Assembly: GCA_051745655.1 (NCBI GenBank)
Contig: JBNJEG010000001.1
Span: 1 to 60,956 of the forward strand
From: Pseudomonadota bacterium
Lineage (GTDB): Bacteria > Pseudomonadota > Gammaproteobacteria > Pseudomonadales > Oleiphilaceae
Reading direction: 5' to 3'
Length of the DNA stretch: 60,956 nt
Positions 20,712 to 31,764 of this stretch are shown one piece after another. Numbering within the stretch: position 1 is the first letter of the stretch; each line of letters begins with the position of its first letter. The position numbers and the translations under genes were made by a program. The notes beneath the pieces were generated by a model. The model had not been told where the DNA came from and made no database searches. It was given only the letters and a program-made list of their open reading frames with translations.

Positions 20712-21667
20712 CGGTCACTGATGATTTCCGCGTCAGCGCCGAACAGGCGCGTGCCCTGGGCCGCGTTGCCGTCCTGATGGGCGGTGATTCGGCCGAACGC
20801 AGCGTATCGCTCAAGAGCGGGCAGGCAGTAACCGAGGCACTGCAGGCGGCCGGTGTGGATGCCCACGCGGTAGACGTTCAGGGCAATGCCATTCTCAGGC
20901 TGGCCGCGGAAAGCGGTTTTGACCGTTGTTTTATTGCTCTTCATGGCCGCGGCGGTGAGGACGGGACCGTTCAGGCCATCCTGGAACAGGCAGGGCTTCC
21001 TTATACCGGAAGTGGCGTGCTCGCCTCCGCTCTGGGGATGGACAAGCTCCGTACCAAGTATACGTTCGCGGGTGCCGGGCTGCCGACGCCAGCATTCCGC
21101 TCGATGCGTTCGGTTGACGAGGCTGAGGCCATTCTCGGGGAGCTGCGTGCCCCGCTCGGCATCAAGCCGGCGCGCGAGGGGTCGAGCATTGGTATCTGCA
21201 AGGCGGAAACCGCGGCTGAGCTGAGAGAGGCCTACGTGCAGGCGTGTGAGTACGACCCACTGGTCCTGGTCGAGGAATGGATTACCGGCGGCGAATACAC
21301 CGTCAGCATTCTGGGCGACCAGGCTCTGCCGGTGATTGGTCTGGCCACGGATCACACCTTCTACGATTTCGAAGCCAAGTACCTGTCCGACGACACCCAC
21401 TACATGCTGCCCAGCGGCCTCGATGAGCGTCATGAGGAGCGCATCCGGCAGCTGTCACTGGATGCTTTCCGGGTCATTGATGGGTGTGGCTGGGGGCGTG
21501 TGGATGTGATGCAGGACGCCGCCGGTGATTTCTGGCTGCTGGAAGTGAACACCATTCCGGGCATGACGGATCACAGCCTCGTGCCCATGGCGGCGGAAGC
21601 CGCCGGTATGGGGTTCCGTGAACTCTGTGTCCGGATCCTTGAAAAGTCGCTGGAGGAGCGGTCATGA
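20708..21667 (+). CDS. ddlB: D-Ala-D-Ala ligase
   Basis: [35 protein letters not shown]. Confidence 0.97.
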   Translation: MTVTDDFRVSAEQARALGRVAVLMGGDSAERSVSLKSGQAVTEALQAAGVDAHAVDVQGNAILRLAAESGFDRCFIALHGRGGEDGTVQAILEQAGLPYTGSGVLASALGMDKLRTKYTFAGAGLPTPAFRSMRSVDEAEAILGELRAPLGIKPAREGSSIGICKAETAAELREAYVQACEYDPLVLVEEWITGGEYTVSILGDQALPVIGLATDHTFYDFEAKYLSDDTHYMLPSGLDERHEERIRQLSLDAFRVIDGCGWGRVDVMQDAAGDFWLLEVNTIPGMTDHSLVPMAAEAAGMGFRELCVRILEKSLEERS

Positions 21668-22485
21668 ACCGGTTGCCGCTGCAGATCAGGGATACGCGCG
21701 GGAAGACCGCGCGCCAGCGCGGGGCCAGCCCCATGGTTGAGGACCCTTCCGCGCTGCGCCTGGCTCTGCAGATGATGGCTGGAGCCGTGCGGAGCGTGCC
21801 CTGGGGTCAGGTGTCGCTGGGGCTGGTCGTGGCCGTTGTGGCGGCGCTGCTCCCCTGGGCCATTGGTCAGGGCGTGCAGTTGCTGGATCGGGATTTCAAT
21901 CGGGTGCAGGTTGAAGGTGATCTGAGCCGTGTTACGGAGCCAGCGCTGCAGTCCCATCTGGAGCCTTTTGTGGGGACAAGTTATTTCGCAACAGACCTCT
22001 CCCGGGTCAAGGCGCAGCTGGAGATGCTGCCCTGGGTGAAAAGCGCTGCTGTGGGGCGTGAGTGGCCGGGCACACTGACAGTCAGCGTGCGCGAGCACGA
22101 ACCGGCAGCGCTGTGGAATGGGCGCGCTCTGATCAGCGCGGAAGGCCAGGTGTTCAGGCCGGCTGCCCCCGCGGCGCTTGATCTGCCGCGTCTCACTGGG
22201 CCGGCAGGGCGCGCTGAGGAAGTTCTTGAGCGGGCTCGGGCTTTCCGGAGCGAGCTCGCGGCCCTTGGGCTGGGGCTTACAGGGGTCAGCCTGGAAGCCC
22301 GGGGTGCGTGGACACTGCTTCTCGACAACGGCATTCAGATATCGCTCGGTCGTGACCGGGTCGAGGAGCGCTTTGAACGATTCATGACGGTATACGAATC
22401 CCGGCTGGCGCCCGTGGCGCCGGCTATCAGCGGGGTAGACGCGCGCTATGGCAACGGGGTTGCGGTGCGCTGGAGAGATTCTTGA
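21664..22485 (+). CDS. ftsQ: Cell division protein FtsQ
   Basis: TM, POTRA-like LPWV..REWP, C-terminal DARYGNGVAVRW; lies between ddl and ftsA. Confidence 0.93.
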   Translation: MNRLPLQIRDTRGKTARQRGASPMVEDPSALRLALQMMAGAVRSVPWGQVSLGLVVAVVAALLPWAIGQGVQLLDRDFNRVQVEGDLSRVTEPALQSHLEPFVGTSYFATDLSRVKAQLEMLPWVKSAAVGREWPGTLTVSVREHEPAALWNGRALISAEGQVFRPAAPAALDLPRLTGPAGRAEEVLERARAFRSELAALGLGLTGVSLEARGAWTLLLDNGIQISLGRDRVEERFERFMTVYESRLAPVAPAISGVDARYGNGVAVRWRDS

Positions 22486-22502
22486 GGAGCAGGACTCAGG
22501 CT

Positions 22503-23738
22503 ATGTCATCGGCAGACACAGAGAACATGATCGTCGGGCTTGATATCGGTACCTCCAAGGTGGTGGCGCTGGTAGGCAAGCAGAATCCTGACGGTTCCAT
22601 CGAGGTGGCCGGGATCGGCTCGCACCCCTCGCGCGGACTCAAGCGCGGGGTCGTGGTCAACATTGAAACCACGGTCCAGGCGATCCAGCGGGCGGTTGAA
22701 GAAGCCGAACTCATGGCCGGCTGCCGGATCCATTCGGTGTACGCGGGCATTGCGGGGAGTCATATCCGAAGCATGAACTCCCACGGCATCGTGGCGATCC
22801 GGGACCGGGAAGTAACCCAGGCGGATATCGACAGGGTCATAGACGCGGCCCAGGCGGTAGCGATCCCGGCGGACCAGAAGGTGCTGCACATCCTGCCCCA
22901 GGAGTTCGTGATCGATAACCAGGAGGGCATCAAGGAGCCCTTGGGCATGTCCGGCGTTCGGCTCGAGGCCAAGGTTCATCTGGTGACCTGTGCCGTGAAC
23001 GCGGTGCAGAACATCGACAAGTGCGTGCGTCGCTGTGGCCTGGATGTGGACGACATCATCCTCGAGCAGCTGGCCTCCAGTTACTCGGTGCTGACCGATG
23101 ACGAGAAGGAACTGGGCGTCTGCATGGTCGACATCGGTGGCGGCACCACGGATATCGCCATTTTTACCGGCGGTGCGATCCGCCACACGGCGGTGATCCC
23201 CATCGCCGGGGACCAGGTGACCAACGACATTGCCATGGCCCTGCGCACGCCCACGCAGAATGCAGAAGAGATCAAGACCCGCTACGCCTGCGCCTTGACG
23301 CAGCTGGCCGGCGCTGAGGAGACCATCAAGGTCCCGGGAGTGGGGGATCGCGCACCGCGGGATCTGTCCCGCGCGGCACTGGCCGAGGTGGTGGAACCCC
23401 GTTACGAGGAACTGTTCACCCTGGTCCAGTCCGAGCTGCGGCGCAGTGGCTTTGAGGATCTGGTTCCGGCGGGGATCGTTCTGACCGGCGGCTCTTCCAT
23501 GATGGAAGGCGCGGTCGAACTGGCAGAGGAAATCTTTCACGCACCGGTGCGTCTGGCAATACCCACGGGCGTGACGGGCATGAGCGATGTGATCGGCACT
23601 CCGGTGTACGCCACTGGCGCGGGGTTGCTGATGTACGGCTTCCAGCAGGCGGAACAGGGCCGTGGGGGAGGCTCCGCCCCGCCTTCTGGAGATTCACTCC
23701 TGGCGCGAATCAAGCAGTGGTTCACCGGGAATTTCTAA
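22503..23738 (+). CDS. ftsA: Cell division protein FtsA
   Basis: GLDIGTSK, DIGGGTTD, C-terminal amphipathic helix KQWFTGNF; start reset to ATG 22503. Confidence 0.98.
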   Translation: MSSADTENMIVGLDIGTSKVVALVGKQNPDGSIEVAGIGSHPSRGLKRGVVVNIETTVQAIQRAVEEAELMAGCRIHSVYAGIAGSHIRSMNSHGIVAIRDREVTQADIDRVIDAAQAVAIPADQKVLHILPQEFVIDNQEGIKEPLGMSGVRLEAKVHLVTCAVNAVQNIDKCVRRCGLDVDDIILEQLASSYSVLTDDEKELGVCMVDIGGGTTDIAIFTGGAIRHTAVIPIAGDQVTNDIAMALRTPTQNAEEIKTRYACALTQLAGAEETIKVPGVGDRAPRDLSRAALAEVVEPRYEELFTLVQSELRRSGFEDLVPAGIVLTGGSSMMEGAVELAEEIFHAPVRLAIPTGVTGMSDVIGTPVYATGAGLLMYGFQQAEQGRGGGSAPPSGDSLLARIKQWFTGNF

Positions 23739-23808
23739 TACGGATTCCATACACGATACATGAAGAAAAGCGGCCACAAGCCGCTCGCTAACTGAAGGAG
23801 ACGGGGAA

Positions 23809-24972
23809 ATGTTTGAACTGGTAGACAACGTAGAGCAGAGCGCAGTAATCAAGGTCGTCGGTGTTGGCGGGGGCGGCGGCAACGCCGTCCGCCACATGCT
23901 GGCGAGCGAGATCGAGGGTGTTGAGTTCCTGTGCGCCAACACCGACGCCCAGGCACTGAAGGATCTGGACAGCAAGTCCCTGATCCAGCTGGGCGGCAAC
24001 ATCACCAAGGGGCTGGGCGCCGGTGCCAATCCGGAGATCGGCCGCCAGTCCGCCATGGAGGACCGGGACCGCATTGCCGAGGCACTTAAGGGCTCGGATA
24101 TGGTCTTCATTACCGCCGGAATGGGCGGTGGCACCGGTACAGGCGCAGCGCCCATCGTGGCCGAGGTGGCTCGCGAGATGGGTATCCTGACCGTGGCCGT
24201 GGTCACCAAGCCTTTCGGCTTTGAGGGCGGCAAGCGCATGAAGGTCGCGGATGCCGGCCTGAAAGCACTCGAGGACACCGTGGATTCGCTGATCACGATC
24301 CCCAACGAGAAGCTGCTGACGGTCATGGGCAAGGAGACCAGCCTGCTGGATGCCTTTGCCTCCGCCAACGATGTGCTGCTGGGCGCCGTCCAGGGCATTG
24401 CGGACCTGATTACACGCAACGGCATGATCAACGTCGACTTTGCGGACGTGAAGACGGTCATGTCCGAGATGGGTAACGCCATGATGGGCACCGCCCGTGC
24501 GACCGGCGAGGAGCGTGCTCGCGAGGCGGCCGAAGGCGCCATCCGCAGCCCGCTGCTGGACGACATCAACCTGCAGGGCGCCCGTGGCATCCTTGTGAAC
24601 ATCACCGCTGGCATGGACCTCAACCTGGGTGAGTTCAGTGAGGTTGGTGACATCGTGCGCGAATTCGCCTCCGACTCCGCGACTGTGGTGGTTGGTACCG
24701 TGATCGATCCGGAAATGGAAAACGAGCTGAAGGTGACCGTCGTCGCCACCGGGCTCAATGCCGAGGCGGACGCGCCACAGAAGGTGGTGGATAATACCCG
24801 CAGCATGGACGGCAAAACTGACTATAATCAGCTGGATCGCCCCGCTGTGCTGCGTCGGCGCGCTGTGGCCAGTGACGGCAACGCCGCAGTCGACCAGGAG
24901 AGCCATGGGGAGTCGGATACCAACGTGGATTATCTCGATATCCCGGCTTTCCTGCGTCGGCAGGCGGACTGA
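23809..24972 (+). CDS. ftsZ: Cell division GTPase FtsZ
   Basis: GGGTGTG tubulin motif, NVDFAD, C-terminal [11 protein letters not shown]. Confidence 0.99.
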   Translation: MFELVDNVEQSAVIKVVGVGGGGGNAVRHMLASEIEGVEFLCANTDAQALKDLDSKSLIQLGGNITKGLGAGANPEIGRQSAMEDRDRIAEALKGSDMVFITAGMGGGTGTGAAPIVAEVAREMGILTVAVVTKPFGFEGGKRMKVADAGLKALEDTVDSLITIPNEKLLTVMGKETSLLDAFASANDVLLGAVQGIADLITRNGMINVDFADVKTVMSEMGNAMMGTARATGEERAREAAEGAIRSPLLDDINLQGARGILVNITAGMDLNLGEFSEVGDIVREFASDSATVVVGTVIDPEMENELKVTVVATGLNAEADAPQKVVDNTRSMDGKTDYNQLDRPAVLRRRAVASDGNAAVDQESHGESDTNVDYLDIPAFLRRQAD

Positions 24973-25126
24973 AAAACAGCGGGAATCCCGGGCATTGGGC
25001 GTCACTGCAGCCAATGTCTCGGTTTTCCACGGGCTGTACAAATGGCGCTCAGAATCGCCATCTGTTACAGTACGCGCAAAATAACGGCATCAGTGTATGC
25101 TGGTTTTATGACGGAACAATGACATC

Positions 25127-26044
25127 ATGATCAGACAACGCACCCTCAAGAACACCATCAGGGCTACCGGTGTGGGGCTCCATTCCGGCGAAAAGGTATT
25201 TCTCACCCTGAAACCGGCGCCGGTCGACACCGGCATCGTTTTCCGCCGAGTGGACCTGGACCCGGCCGTCGAGGTCGAGGCCAAGGCCGAATATGTCGGT
25301 GAAACCATGCTCTCCACCACGCTGGTGAAGGATGGTGTCCGGGTCGCGACTGTGGAGCACCTGATGTCGGCGATGGCCGGGCTCGGGCTCGACAACTGCT
25401 ATGTGGAGCTGAGCGCGGCGGAAGTGCCGATCATGGACGGCAGCGCGGGACCTTTCGTATTCCTGCTGCAGTCCGCCGGTATTGCCGAACAGAATGCGCC
25501 CAAGAAGTTCACCCGTATCAAGCGTGCGATTACCGTCGAGGAAGAAGGTAAGTGGGCCACGTTCACGCCTTTCGAGGGCTTCAAGGTGAGCTTCACCATT
25601 GAGTTCAATCACCCCGTGTTCGAAGGCCGCAACCAGAACGCGACGGTTGATTTCTCAAGTACCTCCTTCGTCAAGGAAGTAAGCCGGGCGCGGACCTTTG
25701 GCTTCATGCGGGACATCGAGGCGCTTCGTTCCATGAACCTGGCGCTGGGCGGCAGCGTGGACAACGCCATCGTGGTGGATGATTACCGCATCCTCAACGA
25801 GGACGGTCTGCGCTACGACGACGAGTTTGTCCGCCACAAGATGCTGGATGCCATTGGCGACCTGTATCTGATGGGCAGCAGTCTGATCGGTGAGTTCCGG
25901 GGCTTCAAATCAGGGCACGATCTGAACAACAAGCTTCTCCGCAAACTCATTGCGGAAGAAGATGCCTGGGAAGTCGTGACCTTTGATGATGAGGCCACAG
26001 CCCCTATCTCCTACTTCAAGCCGAGTCTGGCCGCGACTGGCTGA
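25127..26044 (+). CDS. lpxC: UDP-3-O-acyl-GlcNAc deacetylase
   Basis: GVGLHSG, TVEHL, PIMDGSA, HKMLD, KSGH. Confidence 0.98.
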   Translation: MIRQRTLKNTIRATGVGLHSGEKVFLTLKPAPVDTGIVFRRVDLDPAVEVEAKAEYVGETMLSTTLVKDGVRVATVEHLMSAMAGLGLDNCYVELSAAEVPIMDGSAGPFVFLLQSAGIAEQNAPKKFTRIKRAITVEEEGKWATFTPFEGFKVSFTIEFNHPVFEGRNQNATVDFSSTSFVKEVSRARTFGFMRDIEALRSMNLALGGSVDNAIVVDDYRILNEDGLRYDDEFVRHKMLDAIGDLYLMGSSLIGEFRGFKSGHDLNNKLLRKLIAEEDAWEVVTFDDEATAPISYFKPSLAATG

Positions 26045-26048
26045 CCGG

Positions 26049-26501
26049 TTATTGCCCGTCCTGGGCGTGTGAGGACAGACGCCTCAGTACCCCGCTGAGG
26101 CCGCTGTCCTCCGTTTCCTGCGCGATTTCCCTCAGCAGTTCGGCGTTCGTCGTCGTCATTTCAGGTCGTTCCCTCACCGTTCTCGGGCGTGGATCGTGCC
26201 ATGGCTGGACCCGCGCTCGAATGCGCCAGATCTGGCTGAAGCGTTCATCCTGTCGGAGATTCTGGATAATCGCACGTTGCTGGAAGCGCACCTGGCTTGC
26301 ACGGGTGCTGTCAGGGACGAGCAGTGTCAGCTCTCCATTGCCGTAGCCACCGAAGCGGCAGCAGTCGGAGAGGTTGCCAGGCAGCGCCTTGAGGATGCCA
26401 GTCTCGACACGCCGATGCTGTTCGGCCTGTCGTAACAGACGGTTGAGCGGGCCGTCAGCGCCGCTATCCAGAGGATGCGCGGGGCGGTTTTCTCGGGCCA
26501 T
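26049..26501 (-). CDS. dciA: DciA (DUF721) replicative-helicase loader family protein
   Basis: Opposite-strand ORF between lpxC and M23-secA; ASQVRFQQ and C-terminal L..VLRRL fit the family; the call leans on synteny; alternative GTG start 26510. Confidence 0.75.
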   Translation of the reverse strand: MARENRPAHPLDSGADGPLNRLLRQAEQHRRVETGILKALPGNLSDCCRFGGYGNGELTLLVPDSTRASQVRFQQRAIIQNLRQDERFSQIWRIRARVQPWHDPRPRTVRERPEMTTTNAELLREIAQETEDSGLSGVLRRLSSHAQDGQ

Positions 26502-26551
26502 CAGCACCACCTGTTCATGGGGACGACGTTAAAATTGTAACGGTACCTTTC

Positions 26552-26567
26552 CGTGATCTGTCTCACA
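26552..26567. promoter_or_regulatory. CRP/Vfr-like site
   Basis: CGTGA-TCTGTC-TCACA, 9/10 match to TGTGA-N6-TCACA; TATAAT at 26616-26621 (+) and TACAAT at 26534-26539 (-). Confidence 0.55.
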
Positions 26568-26679
26568 GTTAAGATTCCGTTACACTCCTACGTAGAGTAT
26601 GCTCGGCAGCCGATCTATAATCAATCGACGCTAGTGTCGGAAGCCGCACGGTCGCAAGGCAGGAGAGTTCGAGTCGCCT

Positions 26680-27603
26680 ATGAACATACTTTTTGTCGGC
26701 CGCCATCATGGCAGGGCACGGGTTTTTTCGCCCGGGCGCAACACCCTCATTGCCTCCGGCGTCGGTCTAGCGCTGGTGATCGCCAGTGCCGGCTGGGGTG
26801 GTTACCAGATTGCTGTACAGTCTGGCGCAGCCGGCACTGAGGGGGCCGACAGTCACCAGGTCCAGCGTTGGCAGGAGCGTCTGGCGGAATCACAGTCAGA
26901 GCTGGAACGGCTTGAGGCCCACGCCGAAAATGAAATTGCTGCGCTCACCCGCCGTGTTGGCGAACTTCAGGCACGCGCGCTGCGTGTGGATGCCCTGGGG
27001 CAGAACCTGATGGCCTCCGCGGATCTCTCTGGTGAGGAGTTTGATTTCGAGTCCCGCCCCGCGATGGGGGGACCGGAATCCGAAGCCTCTGGAGACAGCC
27101 AGACGACGTCGGGGCTTAAGCATCAAATCAGCGCGCTTGAAACCCGTCTTCGTTCCAGGGAGAAGCAGCTGTCCCTCCTGGATCGGCTGATCGCTAACCG
27201 GGAACTCAAGAGCCAGCGCGAAGTCGATGGGCGCCCGGTTACCTGGGGGTGGACGTCCTCGCCCTATGGTTATCGGACGGATCCCTTCAATGGCCACCGG
27301 GCCTGGCACACGGGTGTTGATATTGCCGGTCGTGAAGGCGGTGACGTGGTTTCAGTTGGCGCAGGGGTCGTGACGGCCGCCAAAGCCAAGGGTGGCTACG
27401 GGTATTTTGTTGAGATTGACCATGGAGATGGTTATCAGACCCGCTATGCTCATGCCAAGGAATTGCTCGTGGACAAGGGGGATATTGTGGAAAAGGGCCA
27501 GAAGATCGCGGTCATGGGCTCAACCGGCCGTTCCACTGGGCCTCATGTGCATTTCGAGGTGGTCAAGGACGGCTCCCGCAAGAACCCCACCGACTTCATG
27601 TAA
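26680..27603 (+). CDS. M23-family metallopeptidase with N-terminal TM and coiled coil
   Basis: HTGVD and HVH zinc motifs, YAH, GSTGRSTGPH. Confidence 0.93.
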   Translation: MNILFVGRHHGRARVFSPGRNTLIASGVGLALVIASAGWGGYQIAVQSGAAGTEGADSHQVQRWQERLAESQSELERLEAHAENEIAALTRRVGELQARALRVDALGQNLMASADLSGEEFDFESRPAMGGPESEASGDSQTTSGLKHQISALETRLRSREKQLSLLDRLIANRELKSQREVDGRPVTWGWTSSPYGYRTDPFNGHRAWHTGVDIAGREGGDVVSVGAGVVTAAKAKGGYGYFVEIDHGDGYQTRYAHAKELLVDKGDIVEKGQKIAVMGSTGRSTGPHVHFEVVKDGSRKNPTDFM

Positions 27604-27609
27604 CCTTCC

Positions 27610-27640
27610 GGTCGGGGTCTGTCCCGGCCATTGCTTTTCC
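27610..27640 (+). terminator. Weak hairpin after the M23 gene
   Basis: GGTCGGGG-tctg-TCCCGGCC followed by attgctttt; a candidate secA -10 (TAGAAT) lies at 27659-27664. Confidence 0.3.
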
Positions 27641-27768
27641 CTGTCAGTGAATTGGCGTTAGAATGCGGTGCCTTATTGTGTTCGACCGTGCGCCGATTCC
27701 AACTGTTCCGCCCTGTCTTGTTCGCGGCGCCCATCCAGACAGGGCTTTTAGGGAAATGAATCAGGATT

Positions 27769-30537
27769 ATGTTCTCACAGCTGGCCACCCGTCTCTTCGG
27801 AAGCAAGAACGCCCGTGAAATCAAACGGATGCAGAAGCTGGTTGACCGTATCAATCAGTTTGGTGAAGACCTCGCGTCGCTCTCTGACGAGGCGCTGAAA
27901 GCGAAAACTGACGAGTTCCGGGAAAAGCTCAACAACGGGGCCGAACTCGAGGACATCCTGCCTGAGGCCTTCGCGGTGGTGCGCGAGGCCAGTGAGCGGG
28001 TGCTGGGGCTCAGGCATTTCGATGTTCAGCTGATTGGTGGTATCACCCTCCATGAAGGCCACATTGCCGAGATGCGTACCGGCGAAGGCAAGACGCTGGT
28101 CGCCACGCTCCCGATCTACCTCAACGCGCTCTCGGGCAAAGGCGTGCACCTGGTTACGGTGAACGACTACCTGGCCCGGCGTGACGCGGCCTGGATGGGG
28201 CAGCTCTACAACTTCCTTGGGCTCAGTGTCGGCGTGGTCATGGCCGGACAGGCCACCGAAGACAAGCGTGCCGCCTATGCTTCCGACGTCATCTACGGCA
28301 CCAACAACGAATTCGGTTTCGATTATCTGCGCGACAACATGGCGTTCAGCCTGGACGACAAGGTCCAGCGTGAGCTTCATTTCGCGATCGTCGACGAAGT
28401 GGACTCCATCCTCATCGACGAGGCCCGCACACCTCTTATCATCTCCGGCGCGGCGGAGAGCGATACCAACATCTACTACAAGGTGAACGAACTGGTACCG
28501 CATCTGGAGAAATCCTCCGAGGATGCTGAGGAGGAACCGGACGGCGACTTCACCATTGACGAAAAGTCCCGGTCCGTGGAGCTCACGGAAAAAGGGCATG
28601 AGAAGGTTGAAGCGCTGCTGCGCGAAGCGGAGCTTCTGGAAGAGGATTCCAGCCTCTACTCCGCTGCCAACCTCAGCCTGTTGCATCACATCCACTCAGC
28701 CCTGCGGGCCCACCATCTGTTCCACCGGAACGTGGATTACATTATCAATGAAGGCCAGGTGGTCATCGTGGATGAGCACACCGGGCGCACCATGCCCGGT
28801 CGGCGCTGGAGCGAGGGGCTGCACCAGGCGGTGGAGGCCAAGGAGGGCGTTGAGGTCAAGGCCGAGAGCCAGACTCTGGCCTCGACCACCTTCCAGAACT
28901 TCTTCCGTCTCTACGACAAGCTCGCCGGCATGACCGGTACGGCGGATACCGAGGCATTCGAGTTCCGCCAGATCTACGGCCTGGACGTGGTCTGTATTCC
29001 CACCAACAAGCCGGTCAACCGGACGGACTACAACGACCTGATCTACCTCACCAAGGAGGAGAAATACCAGGCGATCATCGACGAGATCCGCGATGAGGTC
29101 TCCGCGGGGCGTCCGGTTCTGGTGGGCACGGCTTCGATTGATACCTCCGAGGTGATGTCGAAGCTCCTGAAGGAGGCGGGCATCCCCCACAACGTGCTCA
29201 ACGCCAAGCAGCACGAGAAGGAAGCCCATGTCATCGCCCGGGCGGGTAAGCCCGGCACCGTCACCATCGCCACCAACATGGCAGGCCGTGGTACCGACAT
29301 TGTGCTGGGCGGCAACCTGGACGCCGAGCTGGCCGACCTTGGCGAGAATACCTCCGAGGCCGACATCGAGGCCCTGAAGCAGGACTGGCAGCGCCGCCAC
29401 GATGCCGTGGTAGAAGCCGGTGGCCTCCACATCATCGGCACCGAGCGCCACGAATCCCGCCGGATCGATAACCAGCTGCGTGGCCGTGCCGGTCGCCAGG
29501 GCGATCCCGGGTCCTCGCGCTTCTTCCTGTCGCTGGAAGACGACCTGATGCGTATCTTCGCGCCGGATCGGGTCAAGAACGTGATGCAGGCTCTCGGCAT
29601 GCAGAAGGGCGAGGCCATCGAGCACCGGATGGTAACCAATTCCATCGAGAAGGCCCAGCGCAAGGTCGAGGGCCGCAACTTCGACGTGCGTAAGCAGCTG
29701 CTGGAATACGATGACGTGGCCAATGACCAGCGCCGGGTCGTGTACGAGCAGCGCAACGACGTTATGGCCTCGGAGGATATTTCGGAGATCATCCAGCAGG
29801 TCCGCGAAGACGTGGTCGACTCGGTCATCAGCCAGCACATTCCGCCCCAGAGCATGCCCGAGCAGTGGGATATTCCGGGGCTGGAGCAGCAGTTGGAGAG
29901 CGAGTTGGGGCTCCAGATGCCGGTGCGCGACTGGCTGGAGGAAGATGGCATGTACGAGGAGAAGCTGCGCCAGCGTATCCTCGATGAGCACATCCGTGTG
30001 TACCAGGAGAAGGAGGACGTGGTCGGCTCCGAGACCATGCGCCGGTTTGAGAAGCAGGTCTTCCTGCAGACGCTGGACACTCTCTGGAAGGAACACCTGG
30101 CTAACATGGACCATCTCCGCCGGGGCATCCACCTGCGTGGCTACGCCCAGCGCAACCCCAAGCAGGAGTATAAGCGGGAGGCGTTCAACCTGTTCCAGAC
30201 CATGCTGGAATCCATCAAGTTCGACGTGGTCCGGGTGATCTCGCGCGTCCGGGTCCAACGCCAGGAAGAGCTGGATGAGATGGAACGCCGGCGCCGCGAG
30301 GAGCTCCAGCAGGAGCTGGCCAGCGCCCAGGCGCGGCATGATGAAGCCAGTGGCCAGGCTGCCGCCCGGGCTGCGGAAGGCGATGGCGAAGGACGCGATC
30401 AGGATCAGGACGGTGACGAGAATGGCGGGGTGGGGCAGCAGCCCTTCGTGCGGGACGGTCGTAAGGTCGGTCGTAACGAGCCCTGCCATTGCGGTTCCGG
30501 GAAGAAATACAAGCACTGTCACGGCAAGGCGGAATAA
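27769..30537 (+). CDS. secA: Preprotein translocase ATPase SecA
   Basis: [36 protein letters not shown] motif [13 protein letters not shown]. Confidence 0.99.
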   Translation: MFSQLATRLFGSKNAREIKRMQKLVDRINQFGEDLASLSDEALKAKTDEFREKLNNGAELEDILPEAFAVVREASERVLGLRHFDVQLIGGITLHEGHIAEMRTGEGKTLVATLPIYLNALSGKGVHLVTVNDYLARRDAAWMGQLYNFLGLSVGVVMAGQATEDKRAAYASDVIYGTNNEFGFDYLRDNMAFSLDDKVQRELHFAIVDEVDSILIDEARTPLIISGAAESDTNIYYKVNELVPHLEKSSEDAEEEPDGDFTIDEKSRSVELTEKGHEKVEALLREAELLEEDSSLYSAANLSLLHHIHSALRAHHLFHRNVDYIINEGQVVIVDEHTGRTMPGRRWSEGLHQAVEAKEGVEVKAESQTLASTTFQNFFRLYDKLAGMTGTADTEAFEFRQIYGLDVVCIPTNKPVNRTDYNDLIYLTKEEKYQAIIDEIRDEVSAGRPVLVGTASIDTSEVMSKLLKEAGIPHNVLNAKQHEKEAHVIARAGKPGTVTIATNMAGRGTDIVLGGNLDAELADLGENTSEADIEALKQDWQRRHDAVVEAGGLHIIGTERHESRRIDNQLRGRAGRQGDPGSSRFFLSLEDDLMRIFAPDRVKNVMQALGMQKGEAIEHRMVTNSIEKAQRKVEGRNFDVRKQLLEYDDVANDQRRVVYEQRNDVMASEDISEIIQQVREDVVDSVISQHIPPQSMPEQWDIPGLEQQLESELGLQMPVRDWLEEDGMYEEKLRQRILDEHIRVYQEKEDVVGSETMRRFEKQVFLQTLDTLWKEHLANMDHLRRGIHLRGYAQRNPKQEYKREAFNLFQTMLESIKFDVVRVISRVRVQRQEELDEMERRRREELQQELASAQARHDEASGQAAARAAEGDGEGRDQDQDGDENGGVGQQPFVRDGRKVGRNEPCHCGSGKKYKHCHGKAE

Positions 30538-30542
30538 CCATC

Positions 30543-31760
30543 ATGGCGGTGAATCCCGCACCTCTTCCTGAATTCCATCCAGTGCCGGGTGTACGGCTCG
30601 GCACGGCGGATGCTGCCATCAAGAAGCCGGGCAGTGACGACCTGGTCCTTGTGGAGCTGGCCGAGGGCAGTGCCGCAGGCGCCGTCTTCACCCGCAATGC
30701 CTTTCGGGCCGCGCCGGTGCTCGTTGCTGAGCAGGCGCTGGTGGCGGGGCGGCCGCGCTATCTGCTGATCAACACTGGCAACGCCAATGCCGGCAACGGC
30801 GAGCAGGGCCTCTCGGATGCCCGCGCCTGCTGCCGGGCGGTGGCGGAAGCCGCGGGTGTCGGTGCGGAGCAGGTCCTGCCGTTTTCAACGGGTGTGATCG
30901 GGGAACCACTGCCGCTGGCGCGCATGCTGGAGGCCATCCCTCACGCGTTCACGGCCCTTGATGCCAACGGCTGGCAGAAAGCCGCGCCGGCCATCATGAC
31001 CACCGATACCCTGCCCAAGGGCGCCACCCGTCGGGTAATGATTGATGGCGAAGCGGTGCATATTTCCGGCATCAGCAAAGGCGCCGGCATGATCCGCCCG
31101 AACATGGCCACCATGCTTGCCTTCGTAACCACGGATGCCGCGATCCCCGCGGACGTGCTCAAGCCGCTGGTGCGCGAGCTGGCGGACACCAGCTTCAACC
31201 GCATCACCATTGACGGTGATACCTCCACCAACGACGCCTGCCTGCTGGCGGCCACCGGGCAGAGCGCCGCCGGGGTCCTGGATTCACAGGGCCGGGTCGT
31301 GCCGGAACTGCGCGAGGCGCTGGCGTCCGTGTTCCTGGAGCTCTCCCAGGCCATTGTCCGGGATGCGGAAGGCGCGACCCGCTTCGTCACAGTCGAAGTT
31401 GGCGGGGCCGCCGACGCCGATGAGGCCTGCCGTGTGGCTTTCGCCGTGGCCGAGTCCCCGCTGGTGAAGACAGCACTCTACGCAGCCGACCCCAACTGGG
31501 GCCGGATCCTGGCGGCCGTGGGGCGTGCAGGCATCGAGAACCTCGCTATCGACGGTGTTGCGATCCATCTCGATGATGTCTGCATCGTGCGGCATGGCGG
31601 GCGGGCCCCGGAGTACACCGAGGAGGCCGGGCAGGCCGTGATGGACCAGCAGGAGCTGACGATCCGCATCGACCTGGGGCGCGGCAGTGCGCTGGAACGG
31701 GTCTGGACCTGCGATTTCTCCCATGAGTACGTCACCATCAACGCCGAATACCGCACCTGA
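30543..31760 (+). CDS. argJ: Glutamate N-acetyltransferase / ornithine acetyltransferase
   Basis: GNANA, STGVIG, IMTTDT, KGAGMIRPNMATML, DGDTSTND, INAEYRT; start reset to ATG 30543. Confidence 0.97.
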   Translation: MAVNPAPLPEFHPVPGVRLGTADAAIKKPGSDDLVLVELAEGSAAGAVFTRNAFRAAPVLVAEQALVAGRPRYLLINTGNANAGNGEQGLSDARACCRAVAEAAGVGAEQVLPFSTGVIGEPLPLARMLEAIPHAFTALDANGWQKAAPAIMTTDTLPKGATRRVMIDGEAVHISGISKGAGMIRPNMATMLAFVTTDAAIPADVLKPLVRELADTSFNRITIDGDTSTNDACLLAATGQSAAGVLDSQGRVVPELREALASVFLELSQAIVRDAEGATRFVTVEVGGAADADEACRVAFAVAESPLVKTALYAADPNWGRILAAVGRAGIENLAIDGVAIHLDDVCIVRHGGRAPEYTEEAGQAVMDQQELTIRIDLGRGSALERVWTCDFSHEYVTINAEYRT

Positions 31761-31764
31761 GCCC

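Noticed and set aside
23769-23785. Small hairpin AGCGGC-cacaa-GCCGCT between ftsA and ftsZ
   Set aside because: Only 6 bp with no U-tract; expected by chance at this GC content
26680-27768. No secM upstream of secA
   Set aside because: The dciA / M23 / secA arrangement is normal outside Enterobacterales
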